A DNA stretch of 64,000 nucleotides from Bacteroidota bacterium (GCA_037130135.1 JBAXTO010000009.1:17276-81275), one strand, 5' to 3'. Counted from the first letter of the stretch, positions 1 through 11,024 are shown. The notes: generated by a model from the letters alone, not told the origin. A program made the numbers and translations.

Positions 1-1
1 G

Positions 2-595
2 ATCAATCAAAATCAGATTGAAGTAGATGCTATCGATTATCAAAGTTATTTCAGTGGCTTTCATCCATTAGATATGCCTATCTCTACTGCTGTTAGAATC
101 AATGCTACCTATCCCTGGATATTACCTAATGCTACTTTTCCTACAACTCCTGAATTTACCACGATGGACGCGGGTATCAGAGATAACTTAGGTACTGGTT
201 TAGCATGCAGATTTATTAGCGTGTACAAAAAATGGATCAATGAAAATACTTCAGGAATTGTTATTGTAGAAATTCGTTCATTAGAAAAAGTCGATGCTAT
301 TGTAGAATTGGATAGAAAAAGCTGGTTTAGTAAGGTAACTAGCCCATTTGGTACAATTAGTAATAACCTAACTAACTTGCACGATTATAATAATGATGCT
401 TTTCTTGCTTATCTAAAAGATAATGTGAAAGTGCCTATTGATATTGTACGTTTTGAATACACTCCTGATAAAAAATCGGCTAAAGCCAGTATGAGTTTTC
501 GTTTAACTTCTAAAGAAAAAAACGATATTCTTTTAGCCACTCAAAACACCTATAATCAAACCAAACTCAAAGTGCTTAAAAAGATTCTAAACTAA
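2..595 (+). CDS. hypothetical protein, C-terminal part (gene starts left of the window); weak patatin-like hint
   Basis: The frame of listed ORF 74..595 stays open back to nt 2 (INQNQIEVDAIDYQSYFSGFHPLD-MPIS...). The only family hint is TMDAGIRDNLG, which resembles the catalytic Asp-Gly-Ala/Gly motif of patatin-like phospholipases. Confidence 0.6.
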   Translation: MNQNQIEVDAIDYQSYFSGFHPLDMPISTAVRINATYPWILPNATFPTTPEFTTMDAGIRDNLGTGLACRFISVYKKWINENTSGIVIVEIRSLEKVDAIVELDRKSWFSKVTSPFGTISNNLTNLHDYNNDAFLAYLKDNVKVPIDIVRFEYTPDKKSAKASMSFRLTSKEKNDILLATQNTYNQTKLKVLKKILN

Positions 596-668
596 TAATA
601 GCTTGAGTTTTGAAATAGTTCTTATTTCAATCAATATAATGTAATTTTGTAAGAACTAATTCAATATC

Positions 669-1064
669 ATGAAGTATACATTATTGTTTGTATTCCTTTT
701 TGTATTCGTATCTGCTTTTTCTAACAACAATCAAGCAGCTAAAAAATATCAAAAATTTCCTCATTGGATTCTAATGATGGAAGATCCTAAAGTAAATTAT
801 TTTGAAGCTCAAAAAGCATTTGATTTATTTTGGAAAAATAGAAAAAAACCTATAGAAGAAAAAGAAATACTAGGCACCATTGCAGAAGAGTCTATTACAG
901 ACGATAAAGCACTTACTCGTCGATTAAAAAAATTACCTGAATCTTCTCGTAATCTTACTTTTCAATATAAAAAATTTATGTACTGGTCAGAAATGATTAA
1001 ACCTTACGTTCAAGAAGATGGGAGCATTCTAAGTGAAGAACAAATCCAACAAATCAACAAATAA
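669..1064 (+). CDS. hypothetical secreted protein
   Basis: 131-aa ORF with an N-terminal signal-like segment (MKYTLLFVFLFVFVSAFS). No recognisable family. Confidence 0.5.
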   Translation: MKYTLLFVFLFVFVSAFSNNNQAAKKYQKFPHWILMMEDPKVNYFEAQKAFDLFWKNRKKPIEEKEILGTIAEESITDDKALTRRLKKLPESSRNLTFQYKKFMYWSEMIKPYVQEDGSILSEEQIQQINK

Positions 1065-1087
1065 AAAATTAACTTATAGAAGCTAAA

Positions 1088-4000
1088 ATGCTTTCATTAA
1101 TACGAATTATTCAAATGAGAAAAATTTATATATTTAGTTTATGTTTAATTTGCAACTTAGTTGCATTTTCACAAACTACTCCATGGCAATGTCTAGGTCC
1201 AGTAAAATTTCCAATCAATAAGGTAGGTCAGATAAATGGTATGGGACGTACCACACAGTTGAAATTCCATCCCACAAATCCTGCTATAATCTTTGCTACA
1301 TCAGCTTCAGGAGGATTATGGAAAACTATAGACACGGGTAATACTTGGCAAGTATTAGGTACTGATACATTTCCTAGAACGAAATTAGCATCTATATGTA
1401 TCGATTATACAAATGATAATATTTTGTATTTAGGTTCTGGAGATCCTAATTATTTTTCAACCAATACCGGTATTTATAAAAGTACCAATGGTGGTATCAC
1501 TTGGGCTTTATCGAATACCAATATAGGCAATAGAATGGCACTTGAATTATTAATGAGCCCCTTAAACCATAATGAATTAATTGCAGCAACCAATGATGGA
1601 ATTTGGAAAAGTATAGATGCTGGTGCCACCTGGACCCAGAAAAGAACAGGCCGTTTTTTAGATATGAAATTTAAACCGAATGCTACTACTTCTACTTTAT
1701 ATGCTGTAACGAATACACAATTTTTTACTTCTGTAGATATGGGTGAAACATGGACAGAAACCACCAGTGGGATTAGCATTTTCCCAGATTTAGGAGATGG
1801 TCCGGGGAGTAGATTAGCTATTACAAAAGCAGATTCAAATTTGGTATATCTATTAATGCTGAATAATGGAGGGAGTATTTTTAAATCTACGAATAGTGGA
1901 AGCAGCTTTTCATTGGTTCGCAGTGTGCCTGATACAAGTATAGTAGGTTATCAGATAGATGCCTCCGGACAAGGAAATTATAATATGTCTTTTTGTGCCA
2001 GTCAAACAGATCCTAATGAATTATATGTAAACTGTCATTGTATTTGGCGTTCATTAAATGGAGGTGTGTATTTTGAGAAGTTGACTAATTGGCCTTCTAT
2101 AGTACATACGGATATGCATTGTTCTGTTTTTTCCCCTTATTTCCCAACTTACTTATATAATGCTAATGATGGAGGAATTTGGTTGAGTAAAGATAAAGGA
2201 GTTAGCTGGAAACCAATGAACGATGGTTTTTCAACGATGGAATTTTATCATGCCGCACAAAGCCCTACACGAAATTATGTGATTGGTGGTACACAGGATA
2301 ATGGAGGCGTTTATTATTATAGAAATAATTGGTATACCTATCAAGGGGGTGATGTAGGTACACAATTTTTTATTGATTATTCGGCTCGTCAACAAGAATA
2401 TCAATGTGAAAATGGATTTCATAGAAGTAATTTATTTGGAGGATATGATAGTACCTACTTGGCAAGTAATGTTCAAGGAAATGATGTGCTAATGTTGTTT
2501 AAACCAGAAGATGAAAACCTAGGGTTTGCCACTAAAACCGAAATTTATAAAACGACTAATTTGCAATCTAGTATTCCAGTTTGGACTGCTATTACAAGTA
2601 TTAATAAAAGTATTAAAGCAATTACCTATAATCCTATAGATAAGAACATTATTTATTTTGTGACTAATGATAATAAAGTTTGGCGTATGAATAATGCTAC
2701 AGGTACTACACCAACCTATTTTAATATTAGTGCTACACCTGCTGGAACATCTTTATATGCAAGTATTGCCATTACCAATTTAGATACAGGTATTATTTAT
2801 ATGAGCTGTGGTAATCGCGTTTTTAAATCGATAAATAGTGGTACTACCTGGACTGCCATATCTGGTACTTTACCATTGGTAAATATTATTTCTATACTAC
2901 ATGATCAATCATCTTTTGATGAATCTATTTATTTAGCAACTGCAAGAGGTGTTTATTATCGTAATAATACGATGACTGATTGGCAATTATTTAATAAAGG
3001 CTTACCTACAATTGCAGATATTCGGGATATGATTATGTTTGATGATGGAAGTATCAATAGATGTTTACGCGTTTCTTATTTTGGTAGAGGTGTATTTACC
3101 ATTCCATTGCAATTCAATAATACTTGTGCTTATATCAATGGACTTACTGCAAGTATGAGTGGTAATAATGTAAACTTACGTTGGACAGAAAATGTAAATA
3201 CAACTATAGCTTATAGACGAACAGCAGATGTTATGTGGAATTATGTGAATGCAGGAACTACCAATTCATATCTATTAGCTGGATTAAATGGTTGTGAAGA
3301 ATATGAAATTCGTGTTCGTAAAAATTGTGGAACCGATAGTAGCTTCTGGAGTACCAGTGTATATATCAATACGAATCCATATCCATTGCCTGTTATTTGG
3401 ACGAAAGAAGATATTGGTGCAGTAGGCTTAGCTGGTAGTGTATGTTATGATGATATCAGTAAATCATATACCGTAGAAGGTTCTGGAGACGATGTGTGGG
3501 GCAATAATGATCAATTTTACTTTGTACACACCCCTTTCAGTGGAAATTTAGAAGCGAGTTGCAGAGTCACTTATCTCGAAAATAGTTATGGCTGGGCTAA
3601 ATCAGGATTGATGATTCGCGAATCATTAAATACCGATTCAAAACAATCGATGGTTTGTTTAACTCCAGGAAATGGAGTAGCCAATCAATATCGACAAAAT
3701 ACTGCTGCAGGTAGTTCAAACGTGAATTTAAATCGATTTAATGCCCCTATATATATTCGTATTACTCGTATTGATTCAGTCATTTCAACCTATTATTCAT
3801 TTGATGAATCAAGTTGGATAGAAATTCATACAGATACATTTAGTATGTCAGATAATGCTTATATAGGAATGTTTTCGTGTAGTCATGAAAATGATAATTT
3901 ACATACAGCCGTTTTTGATCATTTAAAATTAAGTAATCATCCTACATTGAGTATACCAACTGTTAATCCAGTAGCTGATTTTGATTTTAACATTTATCCT

Positions 4001-4228
4001 AATCCAGCAAGTGAATCCTGCACTATTCAATTAGTAAGTAAGGCTTTTAAAACATATACTGTGCGAATTATGGATGCTAGTGGACGTATTCAAATGACAC
4101 AGAACCTTTCAACCAATTCAAACGTAGAGAGTATTACTATGAATACTTCAAAATTGGCATCAGGATTGTACACCGTTGTGCTCGAAAATGAAAGTTCACG
4201 AGTGGTGAAAAAATTAGTAATTAAATAA
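1088..4228 (+). CDS. secreted BNR/Asp-box beta-propeller protein with FN3 and ConA-like lectin domains and a T9SS type A C-terminal sorting domain
   Basis: Repeated Asp-box motifs of the form S/T-x-D-x-G-x-T/S-W: TIDTGNTW, STNGGITW, SIDAGATW, SVDMGETW, SKDKGVSW, SINSGTTW. An FN3-like segment follows (NVNLRWTENVNTTIAYRR...YEIRVRKNCG). The C-terminus matches a Por_Secre_tail (NIYPNPASESCTIQL...GLYTVVLENESSRVVKKLVIK, about nt 3975..4225). The likely true start is Met at 1115 (MRKIYIFSLCLICNLVAFSQ signal). Confidence 0.85.
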   Translation: MLSLIRIIQMRKIYIFSLCLICNLVAFSQTTPWQCLGPVKFPINKVGQINGMGRTTQLKFHPTNPAIIFATSASGGLWKTIDTGNTWQVLGTDTFPRTKLASICIDYTNDNILYLGSGDPNYFSTNTGIYKSTNGGITWALSNTNIGNRMALELLMSPLNHNELIAATNDGIWKSIDAGATWTQKRTGRFLDMKFKPNATTSTLYAVTNTQFFTSVDMGETWTETTSGISIFPDLGDGPGSRLAITKADSNLVYLLMLNNGGSIFKSTNSGSSFSLVRSVPDTSIVGYQIDASGQGNYNMSFCASQTDPNELYVNCHCIWRSLNGGVYFEKLTNWPSIVHTDMHCSVFSPYFPTYLYNANDGGIWLSKDKGVSWKPMNDGFSTMEFYHAAQSPTRNYVIGGTQDNGGVYYYRNNWYTYQGGDVGTQFFIDYSARQQEYQCENGFHRSNLFGGYDSTYLASNVQGNDVLMLFKPEDENLGFATKTEIYKTTNLQSSIPVWTAITSINKSIKAITYNPIDKNIIYFVTNDNKVWRMNNATGTTPTYFNISATPAGTSLYASIAITNLDTGIIYMSCGNRVFKSINSGTTWTAISGTLPLVNIISILHDQSSFDESIYLATARGVYYRNNTMTDWQLFNKGLPTIADIRDMIMFDDGSINRCLRVSYFGRGVFTIPLQFNNTCAYINGLTASMSGNNVNLRWTENVNTTIAYRRTADVMWNYVNAGTTNSYLLAGLNGCEEYEIRVRKNCGTDSSFWSTSVYINTNPYPLPVIWTKEDIGAVGLAGSVCYDDISKSYTVEGSGDDVWGNNDQFYFVHTPFSGNLEASCRVTYLENSYGWAKSGLMIRESLNTDSKQSMVCLTPGNGVANQYRQNTAAGSSNVNLNRFNAPIYIRITRIDSVISTYYSFDESSWIEIHTDTFSMSDNAYIGMFSCSHENDNLHTAVFDHLKLSNHPTLSIPTVNPVADFDFNIYPNPASESCTIQLVSKAFKTYTVRIMDASGRIQMTQNLSTNSNVESITMNTSKLASGLYTVVLENESSRVVKKLVIK

Positions 4229-4236
4229 ATTGAATC

Positions 4237-4626
4237 ATGTTAAAAAAATCTATTTTCCTTATTGTTACTTTTTGTGCTTTATTTAGTTTGTATGCGAATG
4301 CACAAATGAATAATAAGGATATTGTAATTACTACATATAAAAGTAGAGGAGAAGTTAAATTGGTTATTACAGGCAATAACCTAGATAAGATAAGTGAAGT
4401 TATAATACAACGTGGAACAGATCCTTCACAGCCCTTACGTCAAATTAGAATTTTAACTACAACAGAAATTGAACAACTTAAAAATGCACCACTAATTTGG
4501 GTAGATAAATTTCCATTATCGGGTGCAGCAGATGCTTTTTATAGAGCTGCAGTTACCTATAAAGAAGACTATCAACGTATATTCCCAGCTATTGAAACTA
4601 AAATTGATTCAACGTATATAAAGTAA
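4237..4626 (+). CDS. hypothetical secreted protein
   Basis: 129-aa ORF with a signal peptide (MLKKSIFLIVTFCALFSLYANAQ), starting 8 nt after the upstream gene. No family recognised. Confidence 0.55.
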   Translation: MLKKSIFLIVTFCALFSLYANAQMNNKDIVITTYKSRGEVKLVITGNNLDKISEVIIQRGTDPSQPLRQIRILTTTEIEQLKNAPLIWVDKFPLSGAADAFYRAAVTYKEDYQRIFPAIETKIDSTYIK

Positions 4627-7605
4627 CTATTTTAAGCCTTCAAAAAGTATTGTTGCCAAATGTTTTGACGATACGCCTGTTCCATCCATAATCTGATGTC
4701 TACAAGAAGTGCCTGATGCACAAATGGTATGCGAATCTTTATGTTTTCGAACACTAGGGAATAAAACTAATTCACCTACTTGCATACTTACTTCATAATG
4801 TTGTTTTTCATAACCAAAAGAACCTGCCATCCCACAGCAACCACTTGGTATAAGAGCTACATTGGTTTGTAATAATTGTGTTAAAACTTGAATGGATTTT
4901 TGTATGTCACTCATAGCCTTTTGGTGACAATGACCATGCACTTGAATCGCTTTTGAATGTATATTAAAATAGGAGCTATCTATTTTACCCTTTTCTATTT
5001 CTTTATGTATAAATTCATCAATGGTATATGAATGGGTGGCAATAAATTGAGCTTTTTCGCGCAATTCGGTATTTACTAATTTTGGATATTCATCCCGAAA
5101 ACCTAAAATACAAGAGGGTTCAATACCTATTAAAGGACTATCTTCCTGAATAAGTGATGTTAAATATTCTACATTTTTATTCGCTACTCGTTTCGCGTCC
5201 TTTAAAAACCCTTTTGAAATATAGGCTCTTCCACTATTAGCATGATGACTAATAGCTACATCGTATCCAAGCTTTGATAGTAGTTGTATGGTGTGAATAC
5301 CTACTTCTACATCATTAAATTCAGAAAATTCATCAATAAATATATATACTTTCCCTTTTGTAGGAGTAGATGCAACTAAGTTGCGTTTATTTTTTGCATA
5401 CCAACTACTCAATGTATATTTATATAAGGCAGGTAAATTTCGTTGAGGTGCTACATCTAAAATATTTTTTATCCAAGAAGAAATAAGTGGATTCGTCAAC
5501 ATAAAATTACTCAGAGGACGTACATAAGAACCTATTTTATTACCAGTACTAATATGCGCCATAGCCCATGAAGAAAGAGGGGCGCCATTTTCTTTTTGAT
5601 ATTGATATAAAAATTCAGCTTTTAATAAAGCCATATCTACATTCGATGGACATTCGCTCTTACATCCTTTACAACTTAAGCATAAATCGAGTATTTCTTT
5701 TATTTCTGAATGATTAAACTTATTTTTTTTATCAGAGTTAGTTAAAAACTCACGTAATATATTGGCTCGAGCACGAGTAGTATCTTTTTCATCTCTAGTT
5801 GCCATATAACTCGGACACATCGTACCACCAATTAAAGAAGTTTTTCTGCAATCGCCACTCCCATTACATTTTTCACTTGCCTGTAAGATGCCACCTACAT
5901 CATCAAAATTGATAATGGTTTCTATAGCTGCTGTTTTTGATTCGCTAATTGCATATCGCAAAGAACTATCCATAGGAGGAGTATCCACTATTTTACCTGG
6001 ATTGAAAATGCCATTAGGGTCCCAAGTTTTTTTAATATCACGCAATACTTCATAGATACGATTACCTAAAATCAGTGGGATAAATTCACCTCTCAATCTA
6101 CCGTCTCCGTGCTCTCCACTTAAGGAACCATTGTATTTTTTTACTAAATGCGCAGAAGCAGTGGCAATGGTTCGAAGCATTTCTACTCCTTCTTTGTTTT
6201 TTAAATTTAATACAGGTCGAATATGCAATTCGCCAGCGCCAGCATGTGCATAATAGATTGCATTTTGATTAAAGCTTTTCATCAATTGACCAAATTCATC
6301 TATATAAGCTGGTAAATCGGCTAATTCTACAGCAGTGTCTTCGATAACAGCAACAGGTTTAGCATCACCAGGGAAATTAGATAATAATCCTAATCCTGCT
6401 TCACGTAATTTCCAAACTTTTCGTATAGCTACTGCACCATCTATAATGGGATATGCATAGGCTGTAGTTTTTGTTTGTATACGTTCAATAAATTGATTGG
6501 TTAATTGGTCTAATGTCAATGGATCATCGGCACCAATTTCAATAATCAAAATAGCTTGAGGTTCACCTTCTACAAAAAAACGATATTGACTATATTCGAT
6601 TTGTCCTTTAGTACAATCTAAAATATTATAATCCATCAATTCTAAAGCCCTAGGTTGAAGCTCCATCAAACTTACCACCGCTTTTAAACTTTCATGTAAA
6701 TCCATGAATTGTGCACAAATTAAACGTGTTTCTTTTGGTGGTAAATCATCTACATGAATTTTAATTTCAGTTATAAAACATAAAGAACCTTCACTACCTG
6801 CAATCAATTTGGCTAAATTCAATTTAGGTCCATTTGTTGTAAATGGCTGCTGTTGAATGATCTCGTCAATTGCATAACCTGTGTTTCTTCTATGAATACT
6901 AGCTTTGGGAAATTCTTTGCGAATTTCTTCTTGCAAACTTTTATCATGTAAAGTATCTAATACATGCTTATATATTTTGGATTGAGCAGTATCTTGATTT
7001 AATATTTCTTGTAAAGAATTAGAATCTTCTTCTTTAAAAACCGCTTCACTACCATCCTGAAGTAAAACCTTTAGTTCCAGTGTATGTCTTCTAGTATCAC
7101 CATATATAATCGAATAAGAGCCGCAAGAATTATTTCCTACCATACCCCCAATCATAGCTCGATTGGCAGTTGAAGTATTTGGTCCAAAAAATAAACCATA
7201 GGGTTTTAAATAAATATTCAATTCATCACGCACAATTCCGGGTTGAAGTCGAACCCATTTTTCATCACTATTGACTTCTATTATTTTAGTAAAATGTTTC
7301 GAGACATCAACTACTATACCTGAGCCAACACATTGTCCGGCTAAGGATGTGCCAGCTGTACGAGGAATTAAGGAAAAATGATGTTCAGTGGCAAAATGAA
7401 TAAGCTTTTTTAAATCTTCTTCATTTTTAGGGTAAGCTACTGCTATGGGTAATTCTCTATAAATAGACGCATCAGTAGCATATAAACTACGTGTAGCTTT
7501 GTCCGTGTGAATAGTACCACTTAGAGTAGAATTTAACTGCGTAAAAAGGCTATGAGTAAGAATCAAGTATTCTAATTTTTTGTAAAAATACTTGAAAGCA
7601 TCCAT
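4627..7605 (-). CDS. FAD-linked oxidase fused to a 4Fe-4S / cysteine-rich (GlcD/GlcF-like) domain; D-lactate/glycolate dehydrogenase-like oxidoreductase
   Basis: 992 aa. The N-terminal part has an FAD-binding PCMH-type region (RTAGTSLAGQCVGSGIVVD). A ferredoxin-type cluster motif follows (CLSCKGCKSECP). C-terminal Cys-rich motifs are present (PSGCCGMAGSFG, CASGTSCRHQI). Confidence 0.8.
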   Translation of the reverse strand: MDAFKYFYKKLEYLILTHSLFTQLNSTLSGTIHTDKATRSLYATDASIYRELPIAVAYPKNEEDLKKLIHFATEHHFSLIPRTAGTSLAGQCVGSGIVVDVSKHFTKIIEVNSDEKWVRLQPGIVRDELNIYLKPYGLFFGPNTSTANRAMIGGMVGNNSCGSYSIIYGDTRRHTLELKVLLQDGSEAVFKEEDSNSLQEILNQDTAQSKIYKHVLDTLHDKSLQEEIRKEFPKASIHRRNTGYAIDEIIQQQPFTTNGPKLNLAKLIAGSEGSLCFITEIKIHVDDLPPKETRLICAQFMDLHESLKAVVSLMELQPRALELMDYNILDCTKGQIEYSQYRFFVEGEPQAILIIEIGADDPLTLDQLTNQFIERIQTKTTAYAYPIIDGAVAIRKVWKLREAGLGLLSNFPGDAKPVAVIEDTAVELADLPAYIDEFGQLMKSFNQNAIYYAHAGAGELHIRPVLNLKNKEGVEMLRTIATASAHLVKKYNGSLSGEHGDGRLRGEFIPLILGNRIYEVLRDIKKTWDPNGIFNPGKIVDTPPMDSSLRYAISESKTAAIETIINFDDVGGILQASEKCNGSGDCRKTSLIGGTMCPSYMATRDEKDTTRARANILREFLTNSDKKNKFNHSEIKEILDLCLSCKGCKSECPSNVDMALLKAEFLYQYQKENGAPLSSWAMAHISTGNKIGSYVRPLSNFMLTNPLISSWIKNILDVAPQRNLPALYKYTLSSWYAKNKRNLVASTPTKGKVYIFIDEFSEFNDVEVGIHTIQLLSKLGYDVAISHHANSGRAYISKGFLKDAKRVANKNVEYLTSLIQEDSPLIGIEPSCILGFRDEYPKLVNTELREKAQFIATHSYTIDEFIHKEIEKGKIDSSYFNIHSKAIQVHGHCHQKAMSDIQKSIQVLTQLLQTNVALIPSGCCGMAGSFGYEKQHYEVSMQVGELVLFPSVRKHKDSHTICASGTSCRHQIMDGTGVSSKHLATILFEGLK

Positions 7606-7650
7606 AAAATTGTGAGTAGTTTTACACTTTAATTATTCTAAAATATACAT

Positions 7651-8766
7651 ATGAAAAAAATCAATTATTTACTATTAGTCCTTGGAATCATGTTGGCAGT
7701 GAGTGCCTGTAATAAATGGGGAAATAATTTCACTTTAAAAGGCAAAATCAATGGTATTCAAGATGGAGAGAAAATATTATTATTTGATAGAAATTATACT
7801 ACCAAAAAAATAGACACTATTGCTACAGGGATAGTGAAAGATGGCAAGTTTGAATTAAAAGGGAAATTAAAACGTGTTGACGTGTATTATATTGGTATAG
7901 AAGGGATGGAACAAGCAAAGCAAGTTGTTTTGGAGAAAAAAGATATGGAAATGTATGAAGATTCATTAAATCCTGGTATTTACAATATTAAAGGTTCTGC
8001 AGGACAAGAAGATTTTAATAAAATGCAAATGATCATTTTTAATATTGAAATGGCACAGCAGAGTTTATATCCAGCTATGGAGCAAGCACAAATGATGGGC
8101 GATGAAAAAAGAATTGATTCACTAAGCCAATTATATCAAATGGGCTTTAATGCCATAGAAGATGAAATCAAAGCCAATGCTAAAAAGAATCCTAAATCGA
8201 TCATTTCACCTATATTGATTTTGAATTACTCTTATATGTTAGATCCTAAAGTATATCATCCAATATATGATGCCTTTACTGAAGAAGTTAAAAATACTCA
8301 AGCAGGTATTATGCTTAAAGATAAAATTGATATTTTAGAAAGAACAGCTGTAGGTAAAAAGATAAGCGATATTGTTGGGATTGATCCAAATGGAAATAAA
8401 ATTTCATTGATGAGTGTAAAAGGCAAAGTAACCTTAATTGATTTCTGGGCTAGTTGGTGCGGACCTTGTAGAAAAGAAAATCCTAGAGTACGACAGATTT
8501 ATAGTCAGTTTCACGACAAAGGATTTAATATATTAGGTGTTTCTTTAGATGATAAAGCAGCTGATTGGAAAGAAGCTATAGCAACAGATAGTCTTACATG
8601 GAATCATGTTAGTGATTTGAAAGGTTGGGAAAGCAAAGCAGCGAAAGATTTCGCTATACAAGCTATTCCTCAAACGATCTTAATTGATGCGAATGGAACC
8701 ATCATCGCCCGTAATCTAAACAATGAAGAATTAACGGCAAAACTTAGCTCCTTGTTAGGAAAATAA
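7651..8766 (+). CDS. TlpA/AhpC-TSA family thiol:disulfide oxidoreductase lipoprotein (thioredoxin fold)
   Basis: Lipoprotein-type signal (LGIMLAVSAC) and the thioredoxin active site WASWCGPC in the C-terminal domain. The N-terminal domain is typical of Bacteroidota TlpA-like proteins. Confidence 0.85.
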   Translation: MKKINYLLLVLGIMLAVSACNKWGNNFTLKGKINGIQDGEKILLFDRNYTTKKIDTIATGIVKDGKFELKGKLKRVDVYYIGIEGMEQAKQVVLEKKDMEMYEDSLNPGIYNIKGSAGQEDFNKMQMIIFNIEMAQQSLYPAMEQAQMMGDEKRIDSLSQLYQMGFNAIEDEIKANAKKNPKSIISPILILNYSYMLDPKVYHPIYDAFTEEVKNTQAGIMLKDKIDILERTAVGKKISDIVGIDPNGNKISLMSVKGKVTLIDFWASWCGPCRKENPRVRQIYSQFHDKGFNILGVSLDDKAADWKEAIATDSLTWNHVSDLKGWESKAAKDFAIQAIPQTILIDANGTIIARNLNNEELTAKLSSLLGK

Positions 8767-8793
8767 TTTTGTATTCATAATCAAATAAATTAT

Positions 8794-8826
8794 AAAAGCC
8801 TTCATCATTGATGAAGGCTTTTGTTG
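8794..8826 (+). terminator. rho-independent terminator after the TlpA-like gene
   Basis: Perfect 13-bp stem: aaaagccttcatc (8794..8806) pairs with gatgaaggctttt (8810..8822). The loop is att and a T-rich tail follows. Confidence 0.75.
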
Positions 8827-8955
8827 TATGTATCAGTAAAGAACTACTATTGTAATTTTTGATTAGACTGAAGTATAATTTTTTCTATAGGTTGTTATAT
8901 TTCATCAAAATCTTGGATTGAATCATTAAAGAGTTATGTATGTGCTATAATAAGA

Positions 8956-9561
8956 TTATTTCAATACTCCAAACCTAAGGAAAATACTGCCATAGACACC
9001 ATTTAGGTCTTTATTTTGAAGCGCATTACGAAGACCTAAATTGATACGATAATGTAATCCTGCTCCAAAAGAAACATTTTTATGTACGATATAATTAAAG
9101 GTTATTCCAGGTTCAATCACGCAAAAATTCCATTTACGTATATCTAATGCATTGGTACGATATTGAATCATTGCCCAATTGACTGATAAATTCGGCTCAA
9201 GTTGATATTTTTTAGAATGAAAAATTATATAACCAAACTTTATCCCAGCCGACTGATGCATGAAATTATATGTTTTTGTCAGCATGGTATCTTGGTTAAA
9301 TAAACTCATCTGCTCATAATTGGTCAATCGCTCGTATTGTGCTCCAATATGATATTTTTTATAAATGATTATGTTCCCCGAAAAATGGGTATACATCCCA
9401 GCTTTTTTTTGCAATATCTGCCCCACATGCATACCTGCTTCAAAATAATATTGTCCTACTGCCCGCTTGAATGGCGATATAGGCTTGATACTATCAGTAG
9501 TCTGCGCTTGGATACCAAGTGTCAGAAAGAGCATACAAGAAGCAAAAATCAATTTTTTCAT
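8956..9561 (-). CDS. small outer-membrane beta-barrel (porin-family) protein
   Basis: Signal peptide (MKKLIFASCMLFLTLGIQAQ), alternating hydrophobic beta-strand pattern, and an aromatic-rich C-terminus (IFLRFGVLK). Confidence 0.6.
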   Translation of the reverse strand: MKKLIFASCMLFLTLGIQAQTTDSIKPISPFKRAVGQYYFEAGMHVGQILQKKAGMYTHFSGNIIIYKKYHIGAQYERLTNYEQMSLFNQDTMLTKTYNFMHQSAGIKFGYIIFHSKKYQLEPNLSVNWAMIQYRTNALDIRKWNFCVIEPGITFNYIVHKNVSFGAGLHYRINLGLRNALQNKDLNGVYGSIFLRFGVLK

Positions 9562-9596
9562 TCACTCAAAGCTACAAATACTTTTTTTAAGAGGAA

Positions 9597-10973
9597 ATGA
9601 AATTTAGACTTACATATCGTATTTTTACAAATAAGAAAATGTTTGCAATATTAGATACAGAAACCACCGGAGGAAAACCAATAGACGATCGAATTACTGA
9701 GATTGCTATTTTTATTCATAATGGGAAACGTGTAGTAGAAAGTTATTCTACTTTGATCAATCCAAATAGAAAAATAGATCCTTTTGTTAGTGGAATGACA
9801 GGTATCACTAATGAGATGGTGGCAGATGCACCTCCTTTCGAAGAAGTAGCTCAAAAAATTTGGGAACTTACCGAAGGAAAAATATTTGTGGCTCATAATG
9901 CTCGTTTTGATTATGGTATGTTACGTAATGAGTTTAGACGATTAGGCAAAATTTTTAATCGCAAACAATTATGTACTATAAAATTGGCTCGAAAAATTAT
10001 TCCAGGTATGCAATCCTATAGCCTAGGTAGACTTTGTGAAGATATTGGAATCAAGCTCAATAATAGACATAGAGCTTATGGCGATGCCGAAGCTACTGTT
10101 TTATTATTTGAGAGATTGATGTTGAATGATCGTAAAGAAATCATTCGAACCGAATTACATGAAGGATTAGATGATAATATATTACCTCCTAATGTTACTA
10201 GAGCACAAGTGGAACAATTACCCGAAGAAGCAGGGGTTTATTATTTCTTAGATGAACATCAAAAGATTTTATATATCGGTAAAAGCAATAATATTTATAA
10301 ACGAGTATTAAGTCATTTTTCCAACGATATTAAAACAGAAAAAGGAGCCAAACTTAAAGATAAAATATATGATATTTCATTTCAGTTAACCGGTAGCGAA
10401 TTAGTTGCCATGCTAGTAGAAAGTGATGAAATCAAACGAAAAATGCCTCCTTTTAATGTTTCACAGAGGATTAAAAAATACAGACAAGGAGTTTTTCTGC
10501 GTACAGATGAACATGGCTTTCATTATTTCAAAGCAGAAAATTTGAAAGCTGATGAAGAGCCATTAATGAAAGCTACTACTCCGCGTATAGCAAACAAAAT
10601 GGTAGATGAATTAAATTTCAGACATAATTTAAGAGCCTATACCACACTCATACCTAAGCTAAAAAGTTTGGGAACGCTTGATGATTTTGCCAATTCACAT
10701 AATGAAAAAATAGAAAGCTTAATACAAGGTTTTTATTTTGAACATCCAAATTTCTTTATTGTAAATGAAGCAGTCAATCCAAACGAACGAACACTCATTT
10801 GGGTAGAAAATAATATATACAAAGGCTATGGTGATGTGAATGTACTAGAAGGCTTTGATGATTTGGAATCTTTGAAAGAAAAGATTATCTATAAAAAAGA
10901 TAACCCAGATATACGTGCAATTCTTCGTTCATGGTTGAAGAAAAATAAAAAAACAATGGTACTTAAATATTAA
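9597..10973 (+). CDS. DnaQ-like 3'-5' exonuclease (DNA pol III epsilon family) fused to a GIY-YIG nuclease domain
   Basis: DEDD Exo I motif (AILDTETTGG), FVAHNARFDYGML, and HRAYGDAEAT (Exo III). A GIY-YIG region follows (GVYYFLDEHQKILYIGKSNNIYKRVLSHF). The start may be the internal Met at 9639 (MFAILDTETTG). Confidence 0.85.
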   Translation: MKFRLTYRIFTNKKMFAILDTETTGGKPIDDRITEIAIFIHNGKRVVESYSTLINPNRKIDPFVSGMTGITNEMVADAPPFEEVAQKIWELTEGKIFVAHNARFDYGMLRNEFRRLGKIFNRKQLCTIKLARKIIPGMQSYSLGRLCEDIGIKLNNRHRAYGDAEATVLLFERLMLNDRKEIIRTELHEGLDDNILPPNVTRAQVEQLPEEAGVYYFLDEHQKILYIGKSNNIYKRVLSHFSNDIKTEKGAKLKDKIYDISFQLTGSELVAMLVESDEIKRKMPPFNVSQRIKKYRQGVFLRTDEHGFHYFKAENLKADEEPLMKATTPRIANKMVDELNFRHNLRAYTTLIPKLKSLGTLDDFANSHNEKIESLIQGFYFEHPNFFIVNEAVNPNERTLIWVENNIYKGYGDVNVLEGFDDLESLKEKIIYKKDNPDIRAILRSWLKKNKKTMVLKY

Positions 10974-11007
10974 AAAAAAGCAACTAGATTCTAGTTGCTT
11001 TTTTTTT
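10972..11007. terminator. bidirectional rho-independent terminator between convergent genes
   Basis: The 8-bp stem gcaactag (10980..10987) pairs with ctagttgc (10991..10998). It is flanked by an A-run (10972..10979) and a 9-T run (10999..11007), so it reads as hairpin plus U-tract on both strands. Confidence 0.75.
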
Positions 11008-11024
11008 AAATGAAATTTTATAGT